Virus record (IMG/VR): IMGVR_UViG_3300028399_000009
Coordinates: 1 to 53,572 of that record
Strand: one strand, 5' to 3'
Length of the DNA: 53,572 bases
Origin: a virus
Taxonomy: Duplodnaviria > Caudoviricetes
Positions 18,086 to 28,449 of the stretch are shown one piece after another. Positions within the stretch are counted from its first letter, which is position 1; the number at the start of each line of letters is the position of its first letter. The notes under the pieces were generated by a model. That model saw only the letters and a program-made list of their open reading frames with translations. It was not told the DNA's origin and did not search any database. A program made the position numbers and the translations under genes.

Positions 18086-19189
18086 ATGGCATTTGAGAAA
18101 AGCACTGCTAATGGTTATCTTGATTTACTTGAAAGATTGAGGAAACATCTGACAAATACAAGCGATGGAGTATGGACAGCAAGCACAGCATACAACCTTG
18201 GTGATATTATTGAACCTACAACTGCAAATGGTTACAGGTATGAATGTGTAACAGCAGGGACATCAGGAACAACTGAACCAACTTGGACAACTAATATAGG
18301 TGATCAGATTGTTGATGGTGGGGTAACATGGCAGTGTATATCTTCCAAATTACCATCTGCACAGGTTTATATAGAGAAACTTAAAACTTATGATGATGTT
18401 AATAATGTTGATGGTGATCTTGTTCTGGAAGGTAAAGGTCTGGATGGAACTAAATCTTTTCATATAGCATTCAGAACTTTTAATGATAGTGTGAATAATA
18501 TATGGAACTGGAAACTGTATATGTTCAAAACCTATGATAGTAATGTAGATATAACAGGACAGATAGGTGTTAATTATTCTGCTCCTGTTTTCAGTTTATA
18601 TGATCAACAAATACCATACTGGATATTTTCATCTGGAGAAAGAGTTGTTTTAATAGCTAATGTTTCAACTTATTATATGAGCATGTATATAGGCAGATTT
18701 TATCCTTATTTACCTAATTATGATGAATGCTATCTCATAGGAGGTTCTTATTATCAGGATATAGCTTATAGTGATACCAATAATGCAGGATTTTTTACTT
18801 TTATGAGAAATAGTAATCTATCAAATACTTACTGTAAATTACCCAATGGTTCATGGGCTTATGGTTATGTTGATACTAATTATTCATGGCTTTTGGGTTC
18901 AGCTTATAATAAAGAAATTGCTTTTTATCCATATATGGATACAACTTATAATTTAACATTTAATAATAACCAATTTTTACATCCATTAATAATAATTGCT
19001 AAAACATATAACGGAAACATTAACCCAAATCACAGAGCACAATTAATTGGTGAATTAATAGATTGTTTTTATATTACTAATAGAAATGTTACATCTGAAG
19101 ATATAATTGTTATAGGAACTGATAACTATCATGTTTTTCAAGATGCTGATTATTCAGGTAAATATATAGCTGTTAAGGAGGTGTTATAA
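18086..19189 (+). CDS. Tail tip virion protein with inserted carbohydrate-binding-like module
   Basis: MAFEKSTANGYLDLL start; insert WTASTAYNLGD...GTTEPTW...DGGVTW. Confidence 0.7.
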   Translation: MAFEKSTANGYLDLLERLRKHLTNTSDGVWTASTAYNLGDIIEPTTANGYRYECVTAGTSGTTEPTWTTNIGDQIVDGGVTWQCISSKLPSAQVYIEKLKTYDDVNNVDGDLVLEGKGLDGTKSFHIAFRTFNDSVNNIWNWKLYMFKTYDSNVDITGQIGVNYSAPVFSLYDQQIPYWIFSSGERVVLIANVSTYYMSMYIGRFYPYLPNYDECYLIGGSYYQDIAYSDTNNAGFFTFMRNSNLSNTYCKLPNGSWAYGYVDTNYSWLLGSAYNKEIAFYPYMDTTYNLTFNNNQFLHPLIIIAKTYNGNINPNHRAQLIGELIDCFYITNRNVTSEDIIVIGTDNYHVFQDADYSGKYIAVKEVL

Positions 19190-19190
19190 G

Positions 19191-20213
19191 ATGGCATTTG
19201 AGAATGGTTTAGCTGTATCTAAAAGTGATTTTATGAATAAATTTATGAATTTTATAACCAATCTTGGAACAGGATCTCCCTTTCAAACTGTTTATAATAG
19301 TGCTGATGGTGTTAACAAAATGATAATATTCTCCTATACTGATCCTTCTAACAATCAAACAGTTTATTTTAGCTGGCAGATTTTTGAAGATAATACTGAT
19401 CCTGAATTGCAAACATTTCTGGCTCATAATGTTGGTTATGGTTATGATACAACTTTGGATATTTTCAATCAACCTAATTCAGCTTATCAATATGGTGGAA
19501 TATATACAGATAATATAGGAGACACATATGTAGCAAAAATAAGTTTACCTGTTAATCAGCAATTTGAATACTGGTTTTTTAGTGATAATGCTAATTATAT
19601 TTATGCTGTCTGTAAAATTGATGGTTTGTATTATCAACATCTTGGATTAGGAAAATTAATTAGTATTGATAGTTATAATCCCATTTATTTTACATGTGGT
19701 AATATACATCCTGCGTATAAGTATGATACCTCTTATACAACGAATTATGATTTTAATGGTAATCTAATTGTAACAATTGGAAATATGAATTCAGGATGGT
19801 TTATGGAATATGATGGTATTAACTATAATTTTGGAACTATGAATTGTGAAAGAAATTTAGGAACAAATCCTTATGACTCTGATATATTAAATACTCATTT
19901 TGGTCTGTATTTTGAAGATACAACTGTTCAAATTGATACCAATATACCATTTAAATTCTGGATTGATATGGTTTTTTATCCTTTTGGTGTATATGTGCCT
20001 GTTTTTATTTCACCTGTTTTTTATAGAGTAAAAGATAATTTCCCTCCTGTTGGATATGCTAAAGATATTTATGCAACCTCAATAGATGGAATACAACCTG
20101 ATACTCAAATAACAATTGGTGCTGATACATATATTTTATTTCCTCATTATTCTGCCAATCTTGATAATTATTATTTAACAAATGTTGGGATTGCAATAAA
20201 AAAGATTATTTAG
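19191..20213 (+). CDS. Tail tip virion protein, paralog of the preceding gene
   Basis: Similar N-terminus (MAFENG) and C-terminus (ITIGADTYILF..IAIKK). Confidence 0.7.
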   Translation: MAFENGLAVSKSDFMNKFMNFITNLGTGSPFQTVYNSADGVNKMIIFSYTDPSNNQTVYFSWQIFEDNTDPELQTFLAHNVGYGYDTTLDIFNQPNSAYQYGGIYTDNIGDTYVAKISLPVNQQFEYWFFSDNANYIYAVCKIDGLYYQHLGLGKLISIDSYNPIYFTCGNIHPAYKYDTSYTTNYDFNGNLIVTIGNMNSGWFMEYDGINYNFGTMNCERNLGTNPYDSDILNTHFGLYFEDTTVQIDTNIPFKFWIDMVFYPFGVYVPVFISPVFYRVKDNFPPVGYAKDIYATSIDGIQPDTQITIGADTYILFPHYSANLDNYYLTNVGIAIKKII

Positions 20214-20226
20214 TTAAATTAATAAT

Positions 20227-21288
20227 ATGGCTACAATTGGTGGTTATTACTATGATTATGTATTTGAGACTATTAACTTAACATCTTATCAAACAGGTTA
20301 TTATCTAAATGATAGTAAAATACAATCTCAACATTTATCAGGCAGTATCCAGAATATATCACCTCCTTATTCAACATCTTCAGCCTATAAAACTATTAAT
20401 GGGGTAAAACTAAATTATCAAACTTCAAATATAATTTTTAATAAACTACTTTTACAACCATCAAAAATAAATGCTGATCTGATAGTTTCTACACAACAGC
20501 ACACAATAACATTCTGGAATACACATTTTGATGACAGCAGATTAGACAGTGAAAGCCTGTTAGATATTGATAATGTTTATACAAATATAACCTATCCTTA
20601 CACTCTTAAATATTTTGACAGTCTGAATGCAACACTATACATATCTGAAGAAGGTAATCCTAATCTAAGTGGCTATATAGTTTTTAATGGTTTACACATA
20701 TCTTCAAATACAATATACACATTAAAAACATATATAACAGGTCAGAGAGCAATACCATTTACATTTAATAATAAACTTCTACAACCATTAACAGGCTATA
20801 AAGAAAAATATTTGTTTATGACACAGGTTTTCACTTCTGTATCAGGTTTGGAGAAGAGACAGATAACACTACAAACACCCAGAATGGAATGGGAATATGA
20901 ACTGAAAGAAAGTAAGGATAAAGCTAAAAAATTACTGATTTATTTGAATTATTTACAAACAAAAATAATCCTGCACCCTATATGGTCTTCAAAATCAACA
21001 TTAACTCAACCAACCTCAACAACATCAAATATAATCTATCTTGATACTACAAACAGAGATTTTTATGTTAATGGTTATGTAATTATCTGTGATAATGTGA
21101 ATGTTGATGCCCTGAAGATAACAGCTGTTTATTCTGATAGTATTGAACTTGATAGAGCACCTCTGTATGTTTTCTCTGAAGGAACTCCTGTTATACCATC
21201 AAAAGTTGCAATACTTGAAAAAGAGGTAGATATTGATGAAGAGCCTGACAGTATAATAACAATTAAATTAAATGTTAGGGAGTATTAA
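20227..21288 (+). CDS. Tail tip / distal tail-like protein, part 1
   Basis: FWNTHF, ITGQR, SGLEKR...PR motifs; position. Confidence 0.65.
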   Translation: MATIGGYYYDYVFETINLTSYQTGYYLNDSKIQSQHLSGSIQNISPPYSTSSAYKTINGVKLNYQTSNIIFNKLLLQPSKINADLIVSTQQHTITFWNTHFDDSRLDSESLLDIDNVYTNITYPYTLKYFDSLNATLYISEEGNPNLSGYIVFNGLHISSNTIYTLKTYITGQRAIPFTFNNKLLQPLTGYKEKYLFMTQVFTSVSGLEKRQITLQTPRMEWEYELKESKDKAKKLLIYLNYLQTKIILHPIWSSKSTLTQPTSTTSNIIYLDTTNRDFYVNGYVIICDNVNVDALKITAVYSDSIELDRAPLYVFSEGTPVIPSKVAILEKEVDIDEEPDSIITIKLNVREY

Positions 21289-21291
21289 GAA

Positions 21292-21879
21292 ATGGCATTA
21301 TATAAGAATTATTATGTTTTTCCTTATGAGCTGAAACCTATTTATCCAGCAACATATAATCTTTCAACAAATTATGTTTTACTTGGTAGAGACTGGCAGA
21401 AAAGAAGAAGATATTTGTTTGACAGATCTAAACAAATTCTGGAGTTTGAGTATGTATTTACAAATCTGCAGGATATCTGGGGATTAAAACAGTTTTTCTA
21501 TGATAGGAAAGGAAGATATGAACCCTTCTGGCTGAGAGGATATAAAACTCAAACACAGACAACAACCTCAGCAACAGCAACATCTACAAACATAACAGTT
21601 GTTTATAATTATGAAGATTATTATGTTGATAATTATGTTCTTCATATATACATACCATCAATTGATTTTTATGCAAAGGTTATAAGCTATACTAAAGGTG
21701 TGAATGATATAACATTAGGTCTGGATACTGCTTTGCCTGTTGATCTACCTGCTAATAGTGATATTGAGTATGTATATTTTGTTAGATTTGAAAGTGATAC
21801 CCTTGAGCTGGAATTCAGAAGATTGTGGGTTGCAGAAGGAAAGCTGTCATTTAAGTGGTTAGTGGAGGAAAGTCCATGA
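21292..21879 (+). CDS. Distal tail-like protein, part 2
   Basis: FFYDRKGRYEPFW, VRFESDTLE. Confidence 0.65.
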   Translation: MALYKNYYVFPYELKPIYPATYNLSTNYVLLGRDWQKRRRYLFDRSKQILEFEYVFTNLQDIWGLKQFFYDRKGRYEPFWLRGYKTQTQTTTSATATSTNITVVYNYEDYYVDNYVLHIYIPSIDFYAKVISYTKGVNDITLGLDTALPVDLPANSDIEYVYFVRFESDTLELEFRRLWVAEGKLSFKWLVEESP

Positions 21880-22619
21880 GAGTGGAATTGTTTAAATTTA
21901 CAAGCAACTTGAATAACTGGCTGTATAATAATGGGACAACAAATATAACATTTGGAGGAGAAGTTTATGAAGGTATAGCTATTGAGAGAAGTGAAATAGA
22001 GGTGCAGGTTGATAAAGCAGAACTGACTATAAAAATGCCTTATGATAAACCACCTGCAAACCTTTTTAAATCCATTTACCCTTTTAACCTGAATATACAG
22101 ATTATTGACTATGAAAGTGGTATAACAATCTGGGTTGGTAAAGTTCTATCATGTTCTATTAATCTTGACAAAGGTGAAGCAGAGTTAAAATGTATAACAT
22201 CACAAATCCTGTTTGAGAATAATATTCCCAACAGAACTTACTCTATACCCTGTTCATGGGATCTCTATTCTCCTGAATGTGGTGTATTATCATCAAATTA
22301 TGTATTAACCCTGAATGTTGATGAACTTACAGTATCAGGAACACAAATATCTCATCCCTCAATAGGTAATTATGCTGATGGATGGTTCACTATGGGTTAT
22401 GTTGAATTACAATTTGAATACAATTTTATAACCAAACATGTAGGAGATACCATAACCATACTTTATCCCTTACAAACCCTTGATGAGAATAACATTATAA
22501 AAATCTATGCTGGCTGTGATAAAAAATTATCAACATGTAAAAATAAATTCAATAATTCTCCCAATTTTGGTGGTTTTCCTTTTATACCCAAAACTAATTT
22601 TTATACGGAGGGTTGGTAA
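21877..22619 (+). CDS. Tail hub protein, BR0599/DUF2163 family (lambda gpL-like, predicted Fe-S)
   Basis: CSWDLYSPEC and GCDKKLSTCKNKFNN..NFGGFPFIP. Confidence 0.9.
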
Positions 22620-22621
22620 AT

Positions 22622-24949
22622 ATGGCATGGGGATGGATAGCACTTGCAGTTCTAACAATAGCAACATTAGTTATAACATATCTTTTATTACCCAAACCTG
22701 AAGATGAAGGCATGCAGAGACCCTCCACAAGAGAATTTGATTTTCCAAGTAATGATAGTGCAAGAGTAATAGGAGAAGTGTTTGGAAGTGTTCTGGTTTA
22801 TGGAAATTATATTTATGGTGGGAATGTCAGAAATGAACCCATAGAATATGATCCCGGTAAAAATCAGGATGAACAAATAGTTGGATGGAGCTGGCATGCT
22901 ACATTTGCAATAGCTCTGGCACACAAGATAGATAGATATGTTTACTACTATTTTGATGATAAAATTCTTGTAGATCTCAACATAACAACAAGTGGAACTA
23001 TGAAAAGTGTAATAACAGGCAGACAGGCTGATACATATGGTTCAGGAAAGAGAAATGGATGGTTAACATTCTACCTTGGTGATCAAACTTCTCCTGATCC
23101 TGTATTACAGAATAGAACAGGTGAAGATATTATTTATAAAAATATTGCCTATGTTGTTTTTGATGATGTCTTTGTAGGTGATAATGTCAGATCTACTCCC
23201 AAATATGGTTTTGTAGTGGAAAAAACAAGTCATGTTTCCTCAACCTATTTAAATCCTACTTATGCAAAAATATTTAATGGTATCTCTTATGATATAAACC
23301 CTGCTCATGCCATCTTTTATATCCTTTATGATATGTTGAAAATACCTATTAATATGATTGATGTTAACAGTTTTGATAGTGCATCTCAAACACTTTATAA
23401 TGAAGGTTTAGGTATTTCATTCATCATGGAAGGATCAAAATCTGCTAAGGAATGGATAAAAGAGATACTCAGACATATAGATGGTCTGCTGTTTTTTGAT
23501 GTTGAGACAGGTAAATATACATTAAAACTGATCAGAGATGGTGATCCTGTTGTCAGCACTTTTACTGATGATGATGTTAAAGATGTTCAGTTCTCAAGAC
23601 AGTCAGTTGAAGATTTATATTCCCAGATCATAGTTGAATATACAGATCTTGAAGGTAAAACTTTTGGTAGATCAGCAATAAAAACATGGATACCTTCTGT
23701 CAGGAAAATACTTGGTTTTGAAAGGTCTAATTCATTTTCATTCATGATGATAACCAATAAAAGTAATGCTAATAAAATACTGAAAAGATTAGTTAGAAAA
23801 ATGGCTTATCCTCTTGCAACATTAAAAATGAAAATACCCATAACAACCTCTCTTAAACTTGGTGATCTTATACAATTCTCATCAAATAGACTTGGTATAA
23901 ACAACATGGTCTTTAGGGTTATGAATATTGGTTATGATGAAGAGTATAAAAATTATATTGAGATTGAATGTGTTGAGGATATTTTCTCTATTGCTGATAT
24001 AGATGTAGTTGTTGAGGATACAGGTTTGGCATTACCACCTTCAACTGATACAGGTGTTATTAATAATGTTAAAATAATTGACAGCTATCAGGAGGTTAAT
24101 AAAAACCCATCATTTATAGCTTTATATACTGATCCTACTGGATATGCTTATGGTGTAAAAGTTTATGTTAATGGAGATTTAAAGAAGATATTACCTGTGA
24201 ATATTTATGCTCTGGGAACATTAGTTAATGATATTCCTTCTTATAATAGACCCGTTGACAGACAGACACAGATAATTGTCCAAAATGTGCAGGATATAAG
24301 AGGTGTAGCATTAACAGAACAAGCATGGCAGAAACTTGCTAACTCCATGCTGATAGATAATGAGATTATTGTTTTTAAAAATTGTCAGGATAATAATGAT
24401 GGAACATTTACAATAAGCAATCTTATAAGGGGAATACATGATACACAGATAACTTCTCATACTGCCAATACTGATGTGTGGTTTCTGTATATAAATTTAT
24501 CAGATCTTTACACAATCCAGATAACACCTACTAATACAACCTTAACTGTTGATCTTATACCTTTTAATGATTTTACAGATGGAACAGCAACAACAGTAAA
24601 TTATACTTATCAGTATAGACCTCAGAAGCCTTATCCTCCTTCAAATATAAAAGCAAGTGTAAGTGGTAGTGATACAACATTCACAATAGTTCCCTGTGTG
24701 AGACAGAAAGGTGCTGTTTACAGGAATGCTGATAGTATTGTTGCAGGTGAAGATGAGGGGGTTATGGAAGGAGTTATACAGGCTTCACCTGATAACTGGC
24801 AGACTGTTTTCACCCTTGACAGCAGTTATATACAATCTAACACAGGAAGACTTGTCTGGACAGCTTTGGGATATGGTGCTAATACTACATGGAGATTCAG
24901 AACATTAGCTAATGGTATGTATTCAGATGAGGTGATAGTGAATGTCTGA
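22622..24949 (+). CDS. Central tail fibre / host-specificity protein
   Basis: VFGSV, DINPAH, LYNEGLGIS, EILRHIDG, LKLIRD, NLIRGIHDT. Confidence 0.85.
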   Translation: MAWGWIALAVLTIATLVITYLLLPKPEDEGMQRPSTREFDFPSNDSARVIGEVFGSVLVYGNYIYGGNVRNEPIEYDPGKNQDEQIVGWSWHATFAIALAHKIDRYVYYYFDDKILVDLNITTSGTMKSVITGRQADTYGSGKRNGWLTFYLGDQTSPDPVLQNRTGEDIIYKNIAYVVFDDVFVGDNVRSTPKYGFVVEKTSHVSSTYLNPTYAKIFNGISYDINPAHAIFYILYDMLKIPINMIDVNSFDSASQTLYNEGLGISFIMEGSKSAKEWIKEILRHIDGLLFFDVETGKYTLKLIRDGDPVVSTFTDDDVKDVQFSRQSVEDLYSQIIVEYTDLEGKTFGRSAIKTWIPSVRKILGFERSNSFSFMMITNKSNANKILKRLVRKMAYPLATLKMKIPITTSLKLGDLIQFSSNRLGINNMVFRVMNIGYDEEYKNYIEIECVEDIFSIADIDVVVEDTGLALPPSTDTGVINNVKIIDSYQEVNKNPSFIALYTDPTGYAYGVKVYVNGDLKKILPVNIYALGTLVNDIPSYNRPVDRQTQIIVQNVQDIRGVALTEQAWQKLANSMLIDNEIIVFKNCQDNNDGTFTISNLIRGIHDTQITSHTANTDVWFLYINLSDLYTIQITPTNTTLTVDLIPFNDFTDGTATTVNYTYQYRPQKPYPPSNIKASVSGSDTTFTIVPCVRQKGAVYRNADSIVAGEDEGVMEGVIQASPDNWQTVFTLDSSYIQSNTGRLVWTALGYGANTTWRFRTLANGMYSDEVIVNV

Positions 24950-25196
24950 TGTTATTAGAGAAGAGTTAATAAACCTGTTAGCTAACTACTGTGGTGTAAA
25001 TAAAAATGCTATAACATCATCAATAATATTAAAAAGTTTGGGTATAGATAGTCTGGCAGGTATTGAACTTGTTATGCTTATTGAGGATATTTTTAACATA
25101 AAATTAAATAATTATTATCTGAAACTTGATATGACCTTTGAAGATTTATATTTATTAATAAGTGAGGAGGTAAAGAAGAATGGCACTATTACCTAA
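24942..25196 (+). CDS. acpP: Acyl carrier protein
   Basis: 84 aa, acidic; LGIDSLAGIELVMLIEDIFNI matches the phosphopantetheine-attachment helix (GxDSL...ExxF). Confidence 0.85.
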   Translation: MSDVIREELINLLANYCGVNKNAITSSIILKSLGIDSLAGIELVMLIEDIFNIKLNNYYLKLDMTFEDLYLLISEEVKKNGTIT

Positions 25197-25605
25197 TGGT
25201 CTGGAAACTATTGAGATAGGAGCAACAGCATGGAGGGATATATGTAATAACAATTTTATCTTACTTGATGGTTATCTGAGTGGTCATGGTTCAGGTCTGA
25301 GTGCTGATATGTTAGATGGTTATCATATAAGTTATCTTCCCATAACAACAGTAACAGCTGATACAACTTTAACAGATTTACAGCATACCATACTTGTTGA
25401 TGCTTCAGGAGGTAATATAACAATAACTTTGCCTGCACCTACATCAGGGAAAGTTTATGTTATAAAAAAGATTGACAGTTCTACAAATACTGTAACTGTA
25501 GATGCTGGAACACAAACAATAGATGGAGTAAATACTAAAACATTATCCGCTCAATATGAAGTTTTAAGGATACAGTCAGATGGTAGTAATTGGTATGTTA
25601 TTTAA
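25180..25605 (+). CDS. Short tail fibre-like protein
   Basis: GSGLSADMLDG, ITITLPA, IKKID, TIDG, SDGSNWYVI. Confidence 0.7.
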   Translation: MALLPNGLETIEIGATAWRDICNNNFILLDGYLSGHGSGLSADMLDGYHISYLPITTVTADTTLTDLQHTILVDASGGNITITLPAPTSGKVYVIKKIDSSTNTVTVDAGTQTIDGVNTKTLSAQYEVLRIQSDGSNWYVI

Positions 25606-25617
25606 AAGGAGGTTAGA

Positions 25618-25968
25618 ATGGCTGATGTAACAAAAGAGGAAATGCTTTTCTGGCTAACAGAAACTTATTCTGATATTGAAGTTTTATTTAATGGTTATGA
25701 AAATTTTTTAACATTTTTATTTATAATTAAAAAATATATTAAAAATGAGTTATCTCAGGCTGATAAAATTTTATTAGAAAATTTGTTAAATAATTTATTT
25801 CAGGTATTGGACAATATAGAGATTAATTATGAGAATGATAAAAATAATATTTTGAATAATAATATTTATGCTGTTAGTATGAGAGGATCAGATAGGAAAC
25901 CTAATATTAATTGGCAGGAGATAAGAAATATGAACAGAAGAAGAATTAATATATTAGGAGGTATATAA
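25618..25968 (+). CDS. Hypothetical protein
   Basis: SD AGGAGGT; 116-aa ORF. Confidence 0.55.
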   Translation: MADVTKEEMLFWLTETYSDIEVLFNGYENFLTFLFIIKKYIKNELSQADKILLENLLNNLFQVLDNIEINYENDKNNILNNNIYAVSMRGSDRKPNINWQEIRNMNRRRINILGGI

Positions 25969-26738
25969 TGGAAATATTTAGTTTACAAACAAAAATTCAT
26001 CTTGAAAAAAGATTATATCAAGCATTATATATAAGTGATACTGCTAATGTAGATGGTGCTTGGACAGAATTTAGTCCAACAGGAACAGTCATTAATTATG
26101 ATGTTTGTGGTTTCTATTTGTTTATTGGTAATGCATCTATTAATGCAGATTTTTGGATTGATATTGGTATATCTACTGATGGAACAAATATAACTGAAAT
26201 TTTATCTGATTTTAGGGTGCATAAGGATTCTGAATATCAAATTTTTAAAACTTATATTCCTTTAGAAATACCAAGAGGATATAAATTATATGGAAGAGTA
26301 AAAGCAAATATAGGAGATTCAACAAGGCGTATTTTATGTTATATATATCCAATATTTAAACCTTTTTCATCTATAAGTTATTCTGCATATAGAAGATATG
26401 ATATTCAAGTAAATACTGATGGATATGCAACTATATATGAAGTTGTTAATCCTGTTCCTTTTAATGTAAAACATATAATAATTTCAACATCTCTTGCTCA
26501 AATTAATACAGCACCCTCTCTTCAAAGTGTTTATTTTAATTTATATTTAGGTCAAAGTGGATCAGAGCAAATAATTTATAATTTTAGAAATGTAGTGCAT
26601 TCAACAACAGATGAAATTACTCCTAACTTATTATCTTTTCCTGTTTATATACCAAAAGGTGAAAGATTAGCAATTAGCCATGATCCTTTATCAACAACAG
26701 AAACAGTTTTTGATTATTCAATATATTTATTTGGTTAA
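25968..26738 (+). CDS. Two-lobed beta-sandwich virion / receptor-binding-like protein
   Basis: Internal duplication PLEIPRGYKL and PVYIPKGERL. Confidence 0.55.
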   Translation: MEIFSLQTKIHLEKRLYQALYISDTANVDGAWTEFSPTGTVINYDVCGFYLFIGNASINADFWIDIGISTDGTNITEILSDFRVHKDSEYQIFKTYIPLEIPRGYKLYGRVKANIGDSTRRILCYIYPIFKPFSSISYSAYRRYDIQVNTDGYATIYEVVNPVPFNVKHIIISTSLAQINTAPSLQSVYFNLYLGQSGSEQIIYNFRNVVHSTTDEITPNLLSFPVYIPKGERLAISHDPLSTTETVFDYSIYLFG

Positions 26739-26750
26739 GGAGGTAATATT

Positions 26751-27077
26751 ATGCAGGTATTAGCAAGTGGAACATTAACACCAACAGTAGGAACAACAGC
26801 AACAGTTTTTAATGATATTGGAACAGGTAGTAATATTTATGTTGTTATGATAGACCTCTCTAATCTTGATTTAGCAGATATTGTAGTTATAGAAATAAAG
26901 ACAAGGGTGTTATCAACAGGAACAGTAAATATAGTAAGCACAGGATCTTATAGAGGAAAACTTATAGAACCTATCCTCCTTTCTCCCCCTATACCTTCTG
27001 ATCAGGGACTTCAGGTGGATATAACTCAAACTGAAGGAACAGCAAAAAATATTGACTGGAAGGTGTTAGCTGTATGA
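26751..27077 (+). CDS. Virion structural protein, hypothetical
   Basis: Strong SD; beta-rich. Confidence 0.6.
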   Translation: MQVLASGTLTPTVGTTATVFNDIGTGSNIYVVMIDLSNLDLADIVVIEIKTRVLSTGTVNIVSTGSYRGKLIEPILLSPPIPSDQGLQVDITQTEGTAKNIDWKVLAV

Positions 27078-28303
27078 GATTAAGACATTTATTATACTTT
27101 AGACAAACACAGGTTCAATCTCTTATAAAAATAACAGCTGAAAATCTTGATTTGAATGAAAACATAGTTAAAATACAGTTAACACAGATAACCCAAGTTC
27201 TGGATGAAACTCTTAATATTAATGAAAATATTTTATTCCTATTATTTTTAAACAGAATTATTGATGAAACTGTAAACATTAATGAAAATGCTAATAAATA
27301 TTTAACCTTAAGGAGATTAAATGGAGAAACAGTAAATATAAACGAAGAAAGTATTAAAAAATTAATAATGACAAGACTGTATAATGAAACTGTAAATATA
27401 AATGAGAATAATATTTACAGAAAATTTATAAAACAGCTATTAAGTGAAGTTGAAGAAATAGGAACAAATGTTTTATATAAGTTATTTATCTTACAAATTG
27501 TAAATAATACTGTAAATCTTACAACAAATATAATAAACAGATTAACATTAAAAAGATTAATAAATGAAAGTGTAAATATAACAACAGGGGTATTAGGTAA
27601 ATTAGGATTAAAGAGGGTAATTAATGAAACTGTAAACCTAACAACAAATATTATATACAGACTGAACTTAAATAAAATTATTAATGAAACAGTTAACATA
27701 GTTGATGATGTTATTTATAGAAAATTTATAAAACAATTTATAAATGAAGGTGTAGATTTGGTTGAAAATATTATTCATCTTGTAACAGCAGGTATAACAG
27801 CTTTAATAAAATTAATAAATGAAAATGAGAACATAAATACAGGTGTAAATTATTTAAAAAATATTAAAAAAATATTAGCTGAAACAATAAATATTAGTGA
27901 AAATAATAAAAAAGTTTTAAATCTTGTAAGGAGAATTGCAAGTAATGTGGAAATTTCTGAAGATAACAACAAGTTTTTAACATTAAAAAGATTAATTAGT
28001 AATACAGTTAATATTAATTATGCTATACAGAGAAATATAAACTTCATGAGGTTAATATCTGATAATGTTAATATACTTGAAAGCAGTAATTTTATAAGAG
28101 GTTTCTATAAGATTGTTAATGAAAGTGTAAATATTGTTAGTGGTATAATTAGAAAACTAATACAGTTTATAAAACCTAAACAGAAAATAATAATATTGGA
28201 ATTTAATATTAAAAAAGTTGAAGTTTTGAGTATGAGTGTATATAATATTGAGGTGATCAGTTTTAATAAAAAAGATTTTGATGTGGAGGTAAATGTTATA
28301 TGA
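27074..28303 (+). CDS. 20-aa tandem repeat protein, putative fibre shaft
   Basis: About 17 units of consensus INETVNIxENxxxxLxLxRL. Confidence 0.7.
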   Translation: MRLRHLLYFRQTQVQSLIKITAENLDLNENIVKIQLTQITQVLDETLNINENILFLLFLNRIIDETVNINENANKYLTLRRLNGETVNINEESIKKLIMTRLYNETVNINENNIYRKFIKQLLSEVEEIGTNVLYKLFILQIVNNTVNLTTNIINRLTLKRLINESVNITTGVLGKLGLKRVINETVNLTTNIIYRLNLNKIINETVNIVDDVIYRKFIKQFINEGVDLVENIIHLVTAGITALIKLINENENINTGVNYLKNIKKILAETINISENNKKVLNLVRRIASNVEISEDNNKFLTLKRLISNTVNINYAIQRNINFMRLISDNVNILESSNFIRGFYKIVNESVNIVSGIIRKLIQFIKPKQKIIILEFNIKKVEVLSMSVYNIEVISFNKKDFDVEVNVI

Positions 28304-28449
28304 GTAATGAAAAAGTCAGGCATAGTGAAGATGTTATTGTGGTATTAAATAAAAAACAGATAAATAAAAAGGGTATTAAATTTAATATTGTAAGAAAAAT
28401 TATGGAGGTTAAGAAATGGTTTGGGAAACAACTTCAAAGAAGAAATTAA
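28300..28449 (+). CDS. 49-aa basic peptide (not in ORF track)
   Basis: SD GGAGGT; ATGA overlap with the previous stop. Confidence 0.45.
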   Translation: MSNEKVRHSEDVIVVLNKKQINKKGIKFNIVRKIMEVKKWFGKQLQRRN

